Shown one piece after another: positions 19,723 through 30,600 of a stretch of DNA of 43,785 nt (its first letter is position 1; the number at the start of each line of letters is the position of its first letter). The DNA is from Chrysochromulina tobinii. Taxonomy: Eukaryota. The stretch spans positions 1 to 43,785 of the forward strand of contig JWZX01002696.1 in the NCBI GenBank assembly GCA_001275005.1, given 5' to 3'. The notes under the pieces are model-generated. The model was not told the origin of the DNA, ran no database searches, and was given only the letters and a program-made list of their open reading frames with translations. Made by a program: the position numbers and the translations under genes.

Positions 19723-20203
19723 CGCGGCCGACGCTGCCAAAGGTAGAACGCGAGGATGGCTGGTCGACCTTCGCAAGCAGGTGGAGGCAGAATCGTCGTC
19801 ACCGGGGGCGGGCGAGAGCATTTGGGAGCGCCAGGCTCGGATGGAAGTGGAGGCGCGGCGGCGCCAGAAGCAAAAGCTGCGCAGCACCTTCGCCACATGG
19901 CGTACTGACAGGGAGGAAGAGGAGGAGGAGGAGGAGGAGATCGCCAACTTAACATTGAATGGGCGGACGACCGACGAGACGATCGCCAACTTTCAGAAGC
20001 GGCTGCCCGAGCTTGAACAGCGAAAGCGAGACGCCAAGGCGGCCCTGAACGAGGCCGAGACGAGGTTGCGCCAGGTCCTCGGTCGCCGACCACTAGAAAT
20101 CGACCGGCGAGATGACGTGGTCTGGGCGCGCGCCGCACTGGCCTACCAGGAAGCTGATGAGGCGCTCTGTTTGGCCCAGGCGCTGACGACTTGGGAAGAT
20201 TGA
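18809..20203 (+). CDS. Hypothetical coiled-coil protein (464 aa) with poly-Gly and poly-Glu tracts
   Basis: Long ATG-initiated ORF filling the gap between neighbours; charged helical composition; no family motif recognised. Confidence 0.6.
19667..19723 (+). repeat. (GGC)16-GGT-(GGC)2 trinucleotide repeat encoding 19 Gly
   Basis: Directly visible. Confidence 0.95.
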
Positions 20204-20353
20204 AAACGGCAGTGTTCTGCTTGTGCGTACTTTCGAAAGCGTCGTTGCGAAGTCACTCTCTCTGTTCCTCTCTGCTTGCTTGCTCTAGCTGTTTCACTCC
20301 CACGCTGCTCGCTCAGCACGACGCCACGCCTTTTTGCACATTTGGAAAGAACA

Positions 20354-21004
20354 ATGGAAGAACGGTCGAACTCGCAAGCGCGCCATGGAGGCCGACGAGA
20401 CAGTCGAGGGCATCGACGAAAGTCGAGCAATGCGAGAGTGGCCAAGGGACAGGTCGACGAGTGGCGTGGAGAAAATTTCCAGCTTTACGGTAGCTTTGCA
20501 GGCCCACCATCGCGGCCAGCAGCCTCGGAGGTTGCAGCAACTTCGCTGCTGCTGCGCTGGGAAGCGCCGACACATTTGGGCGGCAGCGCGTTCGAGGTGC
20601 TTGGCTATATGATACTCATCCAATACGGCGGCGAGGGAGGCTTCAGTTTGCTGGTAGAAGATACGGCCGAGCCGGAGCCGCTGTGGATTGTCGAGGGGTT
20701 GGAGCCTGACTGCTGGCACGAGTTCCAGGTGCGCGCGATCACCGCGGCCGGAGCTGGGGCGCCAAGTGCTGCGTCGCATCCAGTGCTGACCGACCGTGCC
20801 CCCGCGCTGCTACACGAGCTGCGCACGGCTCAGACGATATTGGGCCGTCTGCGCGAGCGGCTGCAGCGGCGCACCGACGAACTCTTCAAGCTCGCGAGCT
20901 CGGGCACGATGGCGCTGGGTCTTGAGGGCGCCTCGCCGGATCGCAACGCGAGCACAGCTGTAGCCAGCATGAGTGGCAGCGAAGCAGGAGCAGCAGGAGC
21001 AGCA

Positions 21005-21072
<68 letters not shown>

Positions 21073-22042
21073 TGATCCGCAATCACTAGCTTTAGGAGAT
21101 AGGGACGGCGGTGGCGGTGACAAGAGCAGCACCGCTGGTGGCAAGCCGACGCCATCACGCGTGAGCGCCGCGGTGAGCGCCCATGCGGCGCGCAAGGCCG
21201 TGCAGCGGCGCAGGAGGCTCGTGCATCAGATTGACGAGCTCAAGAGCCTCCTCGAAGTGCAGTCGCTCAGGGTCGCTACCCTGCAGGCCAGCCAGGCAAC
21301 CAAGGACATTGAGCGTCGCGAGGCACTCGCGGAAGTGGCTGGCTTGATCGACTCGGGCGAGGAGCCACCGTGTACCGGTAGGGCCGAGGGTGTGACGGGC
21401 ACGTCCACGGCCGGCGTGCTGAGCCCATCGAGCCCATCGGTTGCACGGCGTCCGGCGTCACCCCAAGGGGCTAGGAGGTCTCCCACGCGTCGGGGGGCTC
21501 ACCCATCGTGGGTGACAGCTGCGGCGCACCAGCAGCGGCTCGTTGACGAGGCGCGTCAGCAGCGGTTCGAGGCGTACATGCAGCGGCTCGTCGCCGAGCA
21601 GGATGCTCAAGGGACGGTGGTGGAGTCCTACGCGCCCTTCGAACGCGCCCTCGTGCAGCTGAGGCTCGAGAAGGCCATGAAGCAGCACGTGATCAAGGGT
21701 GACGCCGCTGAGATGGGTGCGTACTTCAACCGGTGCGTCGACCGCGCGCGCTCGGCCGAGACGCACAACGTCTTCGATCGGTTTGCCGACTGGGAGCTTG
21801 AGCAGCTGGTGCTCGTGTTTGGGCGCTTCGACAGTGACCTCGACGGCGTGCTCGAGTTCCCAGACTTTTGCCGGATTGCGCTCATGGTCTGTGAGCGCGT
21901 AGGCGCTGCATACCTTGAGCATGACTTGCGGCGTATGTTCCACAAAATTGATCTCGATGGCGACAAGCGCATCGACCTGAACGAGTTCTTGTGGATGCAG
22001 GTGCCGGCCGAGAAGCTCGCCAAAGTGCACTCGCGTCCTTGA
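20354..22042 (+). CDS. Fibronectin type III + coiled-coil + EF-hand pair protein
   Basis: FN3: PPSRPAASEVAATSLLLRWEAP..VLGYMI..VEGLEPDCWHEFQVRAITAAGAGAPS; EF-hands FDSDLDGVLEFPDF and IDLDGDKRIDLNEF. Confidence 0.8.
20984..21067 (+). repeat. GCA microsatellite, pure (GCA)20 at 21008-21067, encoding poly-Ala
   Basis: Directly visible. Confidence 0.95.
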
Positions 22043-22426
22043 CGAGCTTATTGACCAGGAGCGCACCACCAGCCGTGCGCGCGCGGCTGCCGCAGTGACG
22101 CCAGCTACGATGCTGAGTAGAGTACGATTGGATTCCGTAGGTTGTAGTTCATGTACTGTTTCGCACCCGCCGCATGGGGATGGGCCCGCCGCGCGCGCGA
22201 CCCACCCTCCGGGCGGGGCGGCCCGGGTCGCGGCGCTGCGCGAACGGCGCGTATATTAAATTATTCAACATCGCGGAACGTTGTTTATGATTAATTTACG
22301 TGTCTGATGTCTGTATATGATTCAATGTCTGTAGAGTCGCGTTTGCGGTCGTGTAGTCTAAATAACGCGACCCCGTGCGTTGACGAACCCGCGTACCCGA
22401 CCGCGGCGGACCGGCGCGGACTCGCG

Positions 22427-24973
22427 CTACGTGGACGACGTTATGGACGACGTAGGTGCCCCCTCCCTCTCTGCGGCTCGAGCCTGAGCCGCCGCCTCCA
22501 GGGACACCCATGAGGACGCGAGAAGCCGCAGAGGGACGGGCACCTCGAACGCCACCGCCGGCGCCGCCGCGTGCACGCCCACGCACGTGAGCTGAGTTTT
22601 GCCCTTCAAGGCCGAGAAGTAGCGGGGGAGGGTGCCTCTCTCGCGCCGCGCGTACCGATCACCAACCACTGGGTGGCCCAGGTGGCGCATGAGGAAACAA
22701 AGATCTCCGCTGAGCCGCCCACGCCGCCCTCCGCACTCGAGGCGCACAGTGGAGAGCTGCACGGCACAGTCGGGAGGGGTGCGGTCAAGGCAGGTGGCCA
22801 ACACCACCTCCGCTCCCAGCATACTCGCGCCGATCGTTGTGCGAGCGACGCCACCCTCGACGTTGCCCGCCGTCCCGTCCACACGCCCGACACGACGCAA
22901 ATTCGCTTCGCTCGATTCCTCACCAGTGTGGCCATCCTCGCCCTCCTCCTCCTCCTCCTCCTCCCCTTCCTCCTCCTCCCCGTCCCCGCCATCCTCCCCG
23001 ACAAGCTCGTCCTCATGCCCATCTGGCCCTAGTGCCATGGCGCGCGCCGCGGCGAGCAGCTGCTTCCTCTTGTAACCCTTCTTGCACTGCACCTTCGCAG
23101 GCAGCTCGAGCCGAACGGGATCAGAACCCCATGCCGCGGGCACCTGGCCGTAGACGAGCGCGAGGAAGCAGTGCGTGAGCTCCGAGCGGCTCGCAAGCGC
23201 CTCGAGCTCGTCCAGTGCACGCCGCGAGCGCGCAATCAACGTGACGCCGGTTGTGCTCGCCTCGAGGCGCGTGACCGGCATTGGCGACTCCAGAGGCCCA
23301 GCGTCTGACCCGACTGCTGGTGGGGTGGTCGGGGGCAGCAGCACGCGTAGCGCCGACTGCAGGGTGCCCACGTAGTCGCCGACAGCCGTCTTGCCCGCAG
23401 GCTTGATGACGAACGCAATCTGCTCCTCCACCCGCAGGAGGACCACGGGAGCGTTGGGGCTGCCCGCGGCCTGCGAGCGTACCGCCGCCAAAGGGTCGTG
23501 TAACAACTCGAGCACATCGCCCGCCCGCAGGCAGCGGGTCTCCTCCACAGGGCAGCCGCCCAGCAGCACGCGTCCTTCCTTGAACGCCTGGTGCGACTGC
23601 TTCTTTGAGCGCAGCTTCGACGTAAAGGCGACGTTCTTCGCCCATTTTGCGGCTCGCTCGCCCTCACCTTCATATGGGACTGTGTGGCTGATGCGCTGGA
23701 GGCGGCTGCTGCAGCTCGCCGCTATTGATGCTGCTTCCGAGCCGAGCGTGGGATCGGCGGCTACCGTAGCGGCGGCTAGCGCCACATCGGCGCCAGGTAC
23801 GGCCAGGGCGGCGGCGGCCGCCGCAGCGGCCACGCGGCTGGCAGCGGCCGTCGCCCTGGCTGCTGCTGCCGCCGCCTCGGTAGTCTTTCTCGGCTTCCCG
23901 GGATTGTGTTGCTGCTGCTTGAGGTAAGTTCGGTATTGCGCTTCGGAGCGGAAGACGCGCCCGGTGGCCGCGCATTGCCACTGGCCGGCTTGAGGTACGA
24001 TCACGTCGGCTGCGCCGCCGGCTGAAGCACGCTGCGCAGCCGCGTGCCGCAGCGCCTCTCCGGCCGCGGTACAACTTGGCGTGGCGAGCCGTCGCACGTG
24101 CGCAGCCGCATCCACATCGGCGTCGCCATTGGCATCGACGAGCTTCACGCCGCAGATCGGGCAGCAGCCGCGACCCTCCAAGGGCGTGACGCTGGCGGCG
24201 GCTTGCATGGTGGCGGCGGCAGCATCGGCGGCTGCACTCTGCTGCTGCACAACCGAAGCCGAGGGCCGCACAAACGAGGATGGCACGCAGAAGACGAGCT
24301 CGATCGAGTTGTCCACGTTCATGTCCTCGTCGCCCTCGCAGCGGCGGTGCTCGTAGCCGTACTTGCCTGCCCAATGCTTCGAGCCAAGGGCGCCGGAGCG
24401 GAACTTGCGCCGTGCGCCCCAGGCCGTGCTCACCGGAAGTAGCGCTGGCGGTGTCGCCGGTCCGTCGGCCGGGAAGAAGCAGCTTGGGGAGACGGTGTCC
24501 TTCTCGTGCAGGACGCGTAGGTCAAGGCGAGCCGCATGTGCGTGAACTTCCCACGTACGAGGCTGGTTTTGGCAGAGCGTCAAGTGGATGCAACCATCTG
24601 GAGCCAACACCTCTGCGGCGGATGCCAGAAAGTGCGCCACCAAAATGCTGTGCCGGCGCGCATGCGCCGCCTCGTCCAGTATGTCGTCCAGCCCAAGGTG
24701 AGGATGCAGAAAGCACACGTGATCGTAGGGTGGCTCCAGAGGTGCACACGATGCGAGTGCTGTCGCATCAACGCCATCGCACACTGTGTGGCCAAGCTCA
24801 CGGAGTTCAGCAATCACGGCTAGAGCCCGTGCATACGTGGCCACGCACTCCTCCTCACTGATGAATGTCGTGCACGTGATGTGAGCTGCTGTTCCAAAGG
24901 CCCTCGCCAATGCGAGGCTGTAAGAGCAGTCGCCCTCACCAACCATGAGCAGTCGCATCGGGCGCGTCGCCAT
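22427..24973 (-). CDS. Fusion of a DUF2431/BMT5-like rRNA uridine-N3 methyltransferase, an S4 domain and a degenerate RluA-family pseudouridine synthase (848 aa)
   Basis: LLMVGEGDCSYSLALA, GVDATAL, YDHVCFLHPHLG, LVAHFLASAAEVLAPDGCIHLTL (DUF2431); AFKEGRVLLGG..LRAGDVLEL (S4); VIKPAG, VTRLEASTTGVTLIARS, FLALVYG, LGHPVVGDRY (RluA motifs). Confidence 0.82.
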   Translation of the reverse strand: MATRPMRLLMVGEGDCSYSLALARAFGTAAHITCTTFISEEECVATYARALAVIAELRELGHTVCDGVDATALASCAPLEPPYDHVCFLHPHLGLDDILDEAAHARRHSILVAHFLASAAEVLAPDGCIHLTLCQNQPRTWEVHAHAARLDLRVLHEKDTVSPSCFFPADGPATPPALLPVSTAWGARRKFRSGALGSKHWAGKYGYEHRRCEGDEDMNVDNSIELVFCVPSSFVRPSASVVQQQSAAADAAAATMQAAASVTPLEGRGCCPICGVKLVDANGDADVDAAAHVRRLATPSCTAAGEALRHAAAQRASAGGAADVIVPQAGQWQCAATGRVFRSEAQYRTYLKQQQHNPGKPRKTTEAAAAAARATAAASRVAAAAAAAALAVPGADVALAAATVAADPTLGSEAASIAASCSSRLQRISHTVPYEGEGERAAKWAKNVAFTSKLRSKKQSHQAFKEGRVLLGGCPVEETRCLRAGDVLELLHDPLAAVRSQAAGSPNAPVVLLRVEEQIAFVIKPAGKTAVGDYVGTLQSALRVLLPPTTPPAVGSDAGPLESPMPVTRLEASTTGVTLIARSRRALDELEALASRSELTHCFLALVYGQVPAAWGSDPVRLELPAKVQCKKGYKRKQLLAAARAMALGPDGHEDELVGEDGGDGEEEEGEEEEEEEGEDGHTGEESSEANLRRVGRVDGTAGNVEGGVARTTIGASMLGAEVVLATCLDRTPPDCAVQLSTVRLECGGRRGRLSGDLCFLMRHLGHPVVGDRYARRERGTLPRYFSALKGKTQLTCVGVHAAAPAVAFEVPVPLRLLASSWVSLEAAAQARAAEREGAPTSSITSST

Positions 24974-25369
24974 TCGAATTATAAAACTCGGCTGTGAATG
25001 TGAATGTGCAGAAAAGTACAGACTGGATGTGAACTATATTCCGGGTGAATGAAGGGGAGGGGTAACGTGGAACGAGGTCGGAAATATACAGCCTTTCGGT
25101 GCGCGCTCGCGGTCAGCGGAGACTCGCGCCACTGTGGCGAGCGCGTCCGCGGCATTCTAAATATTCAATCCCTTAAAGAGCTCTCGTCCGAGAAGATTCC
25201 TTACGTGTGAGGGTCCGTGAGCTCGCGCTGTACGAGGACTCTGACAGGCTGTGACTCGCAATGTTAGGGGCTGCTGTGAGAACATTAATTTTCAATCGTT
25301 CTAGCTTGTATGATCTTGCGAAGTTGAATCGAAAGCGCAAAGCCAAAGCGCGAAGGAGTTTCCAAAGCC

Positions 25370-27516
25370 TTAAGGTGGGGAGGGCTCGCGCGATTTCACA
25401 AGTCCGCGTGCGGGTGTGCCATCTGGGGCCACGTATGGCAGCCGCGGCTGCGAGCCTGCCCGCGCTGGCCGTGCGATCACCGCGAGACCTCGACGTGTGC
25501 CGATCACACTGCCCTCGGCGCTCAGATAGGAGTGGGCGCGGCAGAAGGTGCGCCTGCGACTCATCGATGAGGTCCGCGAGGCGCCAGCGGCGGCGAGGTC
25601 GGCGACGGTTGTAACGGTTGAGCCCTGAGCGGAGACGACCGAGATCATCGTATTCGCGTGCTCCAACTCGTCGTGCACCGCCGCGTCCACCTTACGCAGA
25701 GGCAGCAGCAGGAGCGCGCCGATCACGGCCACCCCGCCCATGGGCACAAAGGACCAGACGTAGCCCAACCGCTGGTAACGCACGCGCGAGTCGCCGGCGC
25801 CAACGGCGCCCACGACGGCGCCCACGGCAGTGAGCATCACGCCCGAATAGACGGTGGCGATCGCCTGTCCAAGCGCCTGCATCGCGGGCACAGCGCCCAT
25901 GTCTCGAATGCGCGTACGCGCCGACGGTAGGGTGCGTACGATCAGCGCCATGTCCGCGAGCGAGAAGATCTGGGAGATGGCCCCGATGAAGGGCAAGAGC
26001 ACGAAGACGGCCACGACGTCGGACATCCATGGGAGCGTGAAGCACACCACCGAGGCCACCAGCAGCGAGGCGAAGCAGGGGGGTACCGTGCCGAAGGCAT
26101 CGGCGAGATAGCCCGAGGGCGGCGCGCTGAGCATCTGAGCTACGAGCTGGCCGAGCGATGCGTACGAGTAGAGGCTCACCTGTGGGGAAGGGGGGTGACG
26201 CGCCGTGATGAGCACTGGCATGCTGGACGACGCGTACGAGTGTGAATAGAGTGAATAGAGTGATTGAAGCTCACCGCCTCGTCTGCAGAGACGTTTGTGC
26301 AGTCCTGCACGAAGAAGAGCCCATTCGCGATCACCACGCCCACCACCATGTTGAAGAGCAGCAGCGCAAGGCACGCACGCCGCCAATCGGCGTACCGCTC
26401 GCCGCTCCACTCGGTGAGCGTCCGGCGCAGTGCGGCATGGCCACAGCAGGAGGAGGAGGCGCCGACCGGTGCAGTTGGCGACATGCCGGTAGAGAGGGGG
26501 CGGGGTCGGTGCGGCGAGGCGCCATAGCTCGGCCGCGAGGCGGCATCCTCCGCCTCCTCCTCTTCCTCGTCGTCCTCGCCCTCGTCCTCGTCGTCGAACT
26601 CCTCTGCCTTCTCCGCCTCGTGAGCACCGACCAGATTCAATCTCAACCGGCCAGATTCCATCTCCGCCTCCTGAGAACCACCAGGCGGCCCGTCCAACAG
26701 CGGCCAATCCGCCATCGAGCCGCCTTTCGGCAGCTCAGCGCCACCTAGCGCGGCCGGCTCGGCCGGCGTCGGCGCGTCGTCGTCGTTCGTCGGGTCCGTG
26801 GTCCGCGCGGTGGCGTAGCATGAGCTGTTGCGCGTGCGCGCGGGTGCGAGCGATGCGGTCGCGTGCGGGCTAACGGTCCGTCGCAGCACGAGGAAGCGCC
26901 GCGGGATGAAGAGCAGCGCCCACAGCCAGCCAGTAGTAAAGCTTCCCACCACCACGAAGTACAACGTCTTGTCGTCTGTGACCAGAGCCGTACAGAGGAA
27001 GGAGGCCGAGCCACCAATTGCGTTGGCTGTGCCGAGGCAGGCTGCAAGCATGCCGAGCGCGCCTGGGTAGCGCGAGCCATAGGAGCTCACGAGCGCGTAC
27101 ACCGAGGCTGTGGTCGCGACCGTGCCAATGCGCACAGCGCCGATGCCGATGGCAAAGAGCGCGATCGCGAGGCTGCTTTGCCCGGCGGAGAGCAGCCGAT
27201 CGCTCGCCAGCAGGCAGCAAGCGCCACCAGTCTGCACGGCGGCGCCCGCATAGATTCCCAGGCTCGCGTTGCGGCGCGAATCCAGGACGCTGCCGAAGAA
27301 TGGCGATAGCGCATTCATCAGCGTGCTGAAACCGAGAAGGAGCCCGTTTGCGAGCGCTGCGTTGTTTGGCAGCGCTGCGCCCATGGTACGCGGCGTTACA
27401 ACGCTTGTGAGTGAGAGAGTGAAGCCGTTGAGGGCGACTTGTGGAAGGAGTGGAAGGAAGAGGAGGGTCACGCCGATGCGGCGCGGCAGATCGCGACGCG
27501 GCTCTGCCGGCTGCAT
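25370..27516 (-). CDS. MFS-type transporter, 2 exons (27516-26275 and 26179-25370; about 683 aa)
   Basis: Two sets of hydrophobic helices joined by an acidic loop; SPFFGSVLDSRR and PSGYLADAFG resemble MFS motif A; the splice joins both ORFs in phase 0. Confidence 0.8.
26180..26274 (-). other. 95-nt GT-AG spliceosomal intron
   Basis: Donor GCG|GTGAGC; pyrimidine-rich CCCCCTTCCCCACAG acceptor; removal restores the MFS frame. Confidence 0.85.
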
Positions 27517-27676
27517 CCGCACCGCCTCGAGCGAGGAGACGTTACGGTCCGTCTGCCCCCGGTGATTTTGAACCGGTACGTTACCCCGGTTCCCGAATTT
27601 CCGGCACCGCGACTGTTTTTTTACCGGTTCTTTTTACCGGTTCGCTGGTCGCGACAGAAGTCCACTGGCTGAGCGC
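27517..27676. promoter_or_regulatory. Putative bidirectional promoter between the MFS and anoctamin genes, with tandem TTTTTACCGGTTC x2
   Basis: 160-bp gap between divergent ATGs; repeat copies at 27618-27630 and 27631-27643; several more CCGG. Confidence 0.5.
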
Positions 27677-30600
27677 ATGCTCACGGGAGCACGCCTCCGC
27701 GGCGCGGCGCGAAGAGCGTCCGTGCAGGCGCGAGCAGCAGACCTCGCGCAACCTAACCCCGTGCGCGAGAAAGAGCTTGAGGCCAAAGACAAGGAGAATG
27801 CGATGCAGGGCATCGTGGCCGACCTCGTGCTCATCTATCCGATCGAGACGGCGGAGGAAATGAAGACTGAAGGAGCTCGCAAGGAGTTCGACAAGCGGCA
27901 GGAGCGGCGCGCGGACCTGATTTACAGTCTAGAAAAGGCCCGCCTGATGGTTCAGAAGAACCCGAGCCGCGACGGCAAGTTCATGTACATCAAAGTCTGG
28001 GCCACGCTCGAGCTCCTCATCGAGAAGGCGAGCCAGGAAAAAGTGGAGATGCTCGTCCGCCCGGAGGCGATCCCGGTAACCGTGACTGCAACCAGCGATT
28101 CGGGTCACAAAATCCAGCGTTTGATCCCCAAATGCTTTATGATAGGGGAGGTGGCGAAGCGCAATTACCGCGACTTTGACCCGGATGCTATTGACGACTA
28201 TGAGCGCAAGAACGGGCGCCTCTTCTCGAGCCTCGAGCGGCAGCGGCTCATCTACGGAATCCTCGAGGGCACCGAGGAGTCCGGCGGCGCGCAGCAAGAC
28301 CTCGACGAGCTCTATAGCACGAAGGCTCTCTCCGAATACCTGTGGCCGCACACGTCCGAGAAGGATGAGCTCTGGGACAGATGGGGCGGCATGGACGAGT
28401 GGGGCCCGATCAAGGGCAAAGGGCGCACTTTCGTTCCCGACTGTCTCCGCATTTTGTTCTGGGCGCTCCTCCTACTCTTCTACATTCTCTCGACCAGCAT
28501 GCCTTCGCGCAGATTCGACCTCGCGTGCAGTATCACCCTCGGCGTCTTGCTCTCGTTCGCTGGGACCATGGGCATGTTCAATCAGCCGTTGCACAAGGTG
28601 CGCGACTACTTCGGCGAGAAGACGGCCTTCTACTTCGCGTGGATGGAGCACTACGAGACCTACCTCATCTACCTGTCGATCCTCTCGCTCTTTGCCATCT
28701 CGGCCGACGCCTCCGAATCGCCGCCTGTGAAAGAAGCGACGACGCCCGAAGAGATCGCAGCTGAGTCTCGCCAGCTGATGTCGGCCTACTCGAAGCTCAT
28801 CTACTGCCTCGTGGTCGCTACGTGGACGACCGTCTACATGGAGAGCTGGAAGCGCAAGAATGCAACGCTCGCGTACATCTGGGACGTGTCCGACTTCGAA
28901 GAGAAGGAGGACCCGCGCCCCGAGTTCATCAGGAACTTCAACAGCGGCATTTGGAGGGCAAGCAAGAAGGAAGAGGAGGGCAAGAGCTGCTGGGAGAACA
29001 TGTGCAAGGATATGCACATGAAGGAGGGTCCCGGCTTTTTCACGAATGACGGCAGGTTTGTCGAGGTCGAAGCGAAGAGCAGCTCCGCGACGGAGAAGCA
29101 GATCTACTTCCCCCAGAAGCACCGCTTCACGATCATCACCTTTTTTGCCATGCCGCAGCTCCTCTTGTTCACCAGCGCGATGATCGTCGGCGCGGCTTCG
29201 ATCATGGTCTTCAAGTTTCTCGTGAATACGACCGATCTCTTCCTCAATGATGAGTTCTGGGGCAAGGGCTTCGGCCAGCAAATTCCGATGCTGTTATCGG
29301 TGATCTGGATGTCGATCATGAACTGGGTGTACACAGCACTCGCCACATGGCTCAACGGCCTCGAGAACTACCGCACTGATACCGAGTACGAAGACCATCT
29401 CATCCTCAAGGTGATGCTGTTCACCTTCATCAACTCGTACATCACGCTCTTCTACATCGGATTCGCGAAGGCCATCGGCTACCCTCTCAACTTGGGCAAG
29501 TATGGAGAATACGAGGACATGTGCGGCTTCTTTCCGGGGAATGGGCCTCCCGCGCCTTGGGACGGTGCCGCCCAGGGTGTCTGCGGCGTGAAGCAGGGCT
29601 GCTTCCGGTACGCCCAAGTCAAGCCACTGTGCCCAACTCAAGCCACAGACTGCTGCGACTATGACGCGCCCACGGTGGAAAAGTCTGGGTGCGATTTCAT
29701 CTTCATCGAGCGCGACTGCACCTCGGACCTGCGCCTGATGATGGTGAGCTACACGCTGCTCAAGCAGGTGTACGAGGGCCTGCTGCAGGTTGCCATCCCC
29801 ATGGTATTGACATGGATGAACAAGATAACCCTCCATAAGAAGATCAAGCAGATGGAGATCGAGAAAGAAAAAGAGAGGAGCAAGCGTGAAGGAGAAGCCT
29901 TCTCCACCGCCGAGGAGGGTCCGCCTCCGCCGCCGTCAAGCAAGGACGAGGAGCTACCACTCCCCCCGCCGCCGCAGCCCGCGAGCGAGAAAGTCGAATT
30001 GGCAGTACCCTCGCCGCCTCCCTCGCCGCCTGAACAAGAGATGACAATTGCGGTCAAAGTGCTATCGGACAAAGGTAGCTCGTGGCTCAGGAAGGGATCG
30101 ATGGCGCGTGACGAGATGTCGCCCGACGAGGCGCGCGAAGCCTTCCACAAGGCGATCGAGCTCGAGGTCACGCATGAGCGCTTTGAGGGCACTTTGGACG
30201 AGTACTTGACCAAGGTGACCCAGTTCGGCTACGTCTCCATGTGGTCGCCCGCCTTTTTGATCGCCTCGATCTCGGGGGCTGTGGGCAACTTTATCGAGCT
30301 CCGACTCGACGCGATCAAGGTTCTCCAATCGCGCCGGCGCAAGTACGAGGGTGCGGCGGACATCGGCACATGGCGGGATGTGATCGTCCTCATGTCGTGG
30401 ATCGCGCTGCCCGTCAACGCCTTGCTCCTCGTCTTCACCTCGTGGACCTTTCGCAAGTACGTGATCGCCCCCGGCATCGCCACAGGCCCCTGCAAGGAAG
30501 CCAAGCCCTTCGGGTTCTCTGTCGCCGACAGCGCCTTCCTCCTGCAGCCCAGTGGCGGCGGCTCACTGCCTGCATATCAGGCGATGCTCTCGCCGCGCGC

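Noticed and set aside
20810..21195. Poly-Cys, poly-Leu and poly-Ala minus-strand ORFs
   Set aside because: Alternative readings of the GCA microsatellite inside the FN3/EF-hand gene
22196..22232. CGCGACCC/GGGTCGCG hairpin as a terminator or ncRNA
   Set aside because: An 8-bp stem in very GC-rich DNA is expected by chance; no recognisable RNA family features
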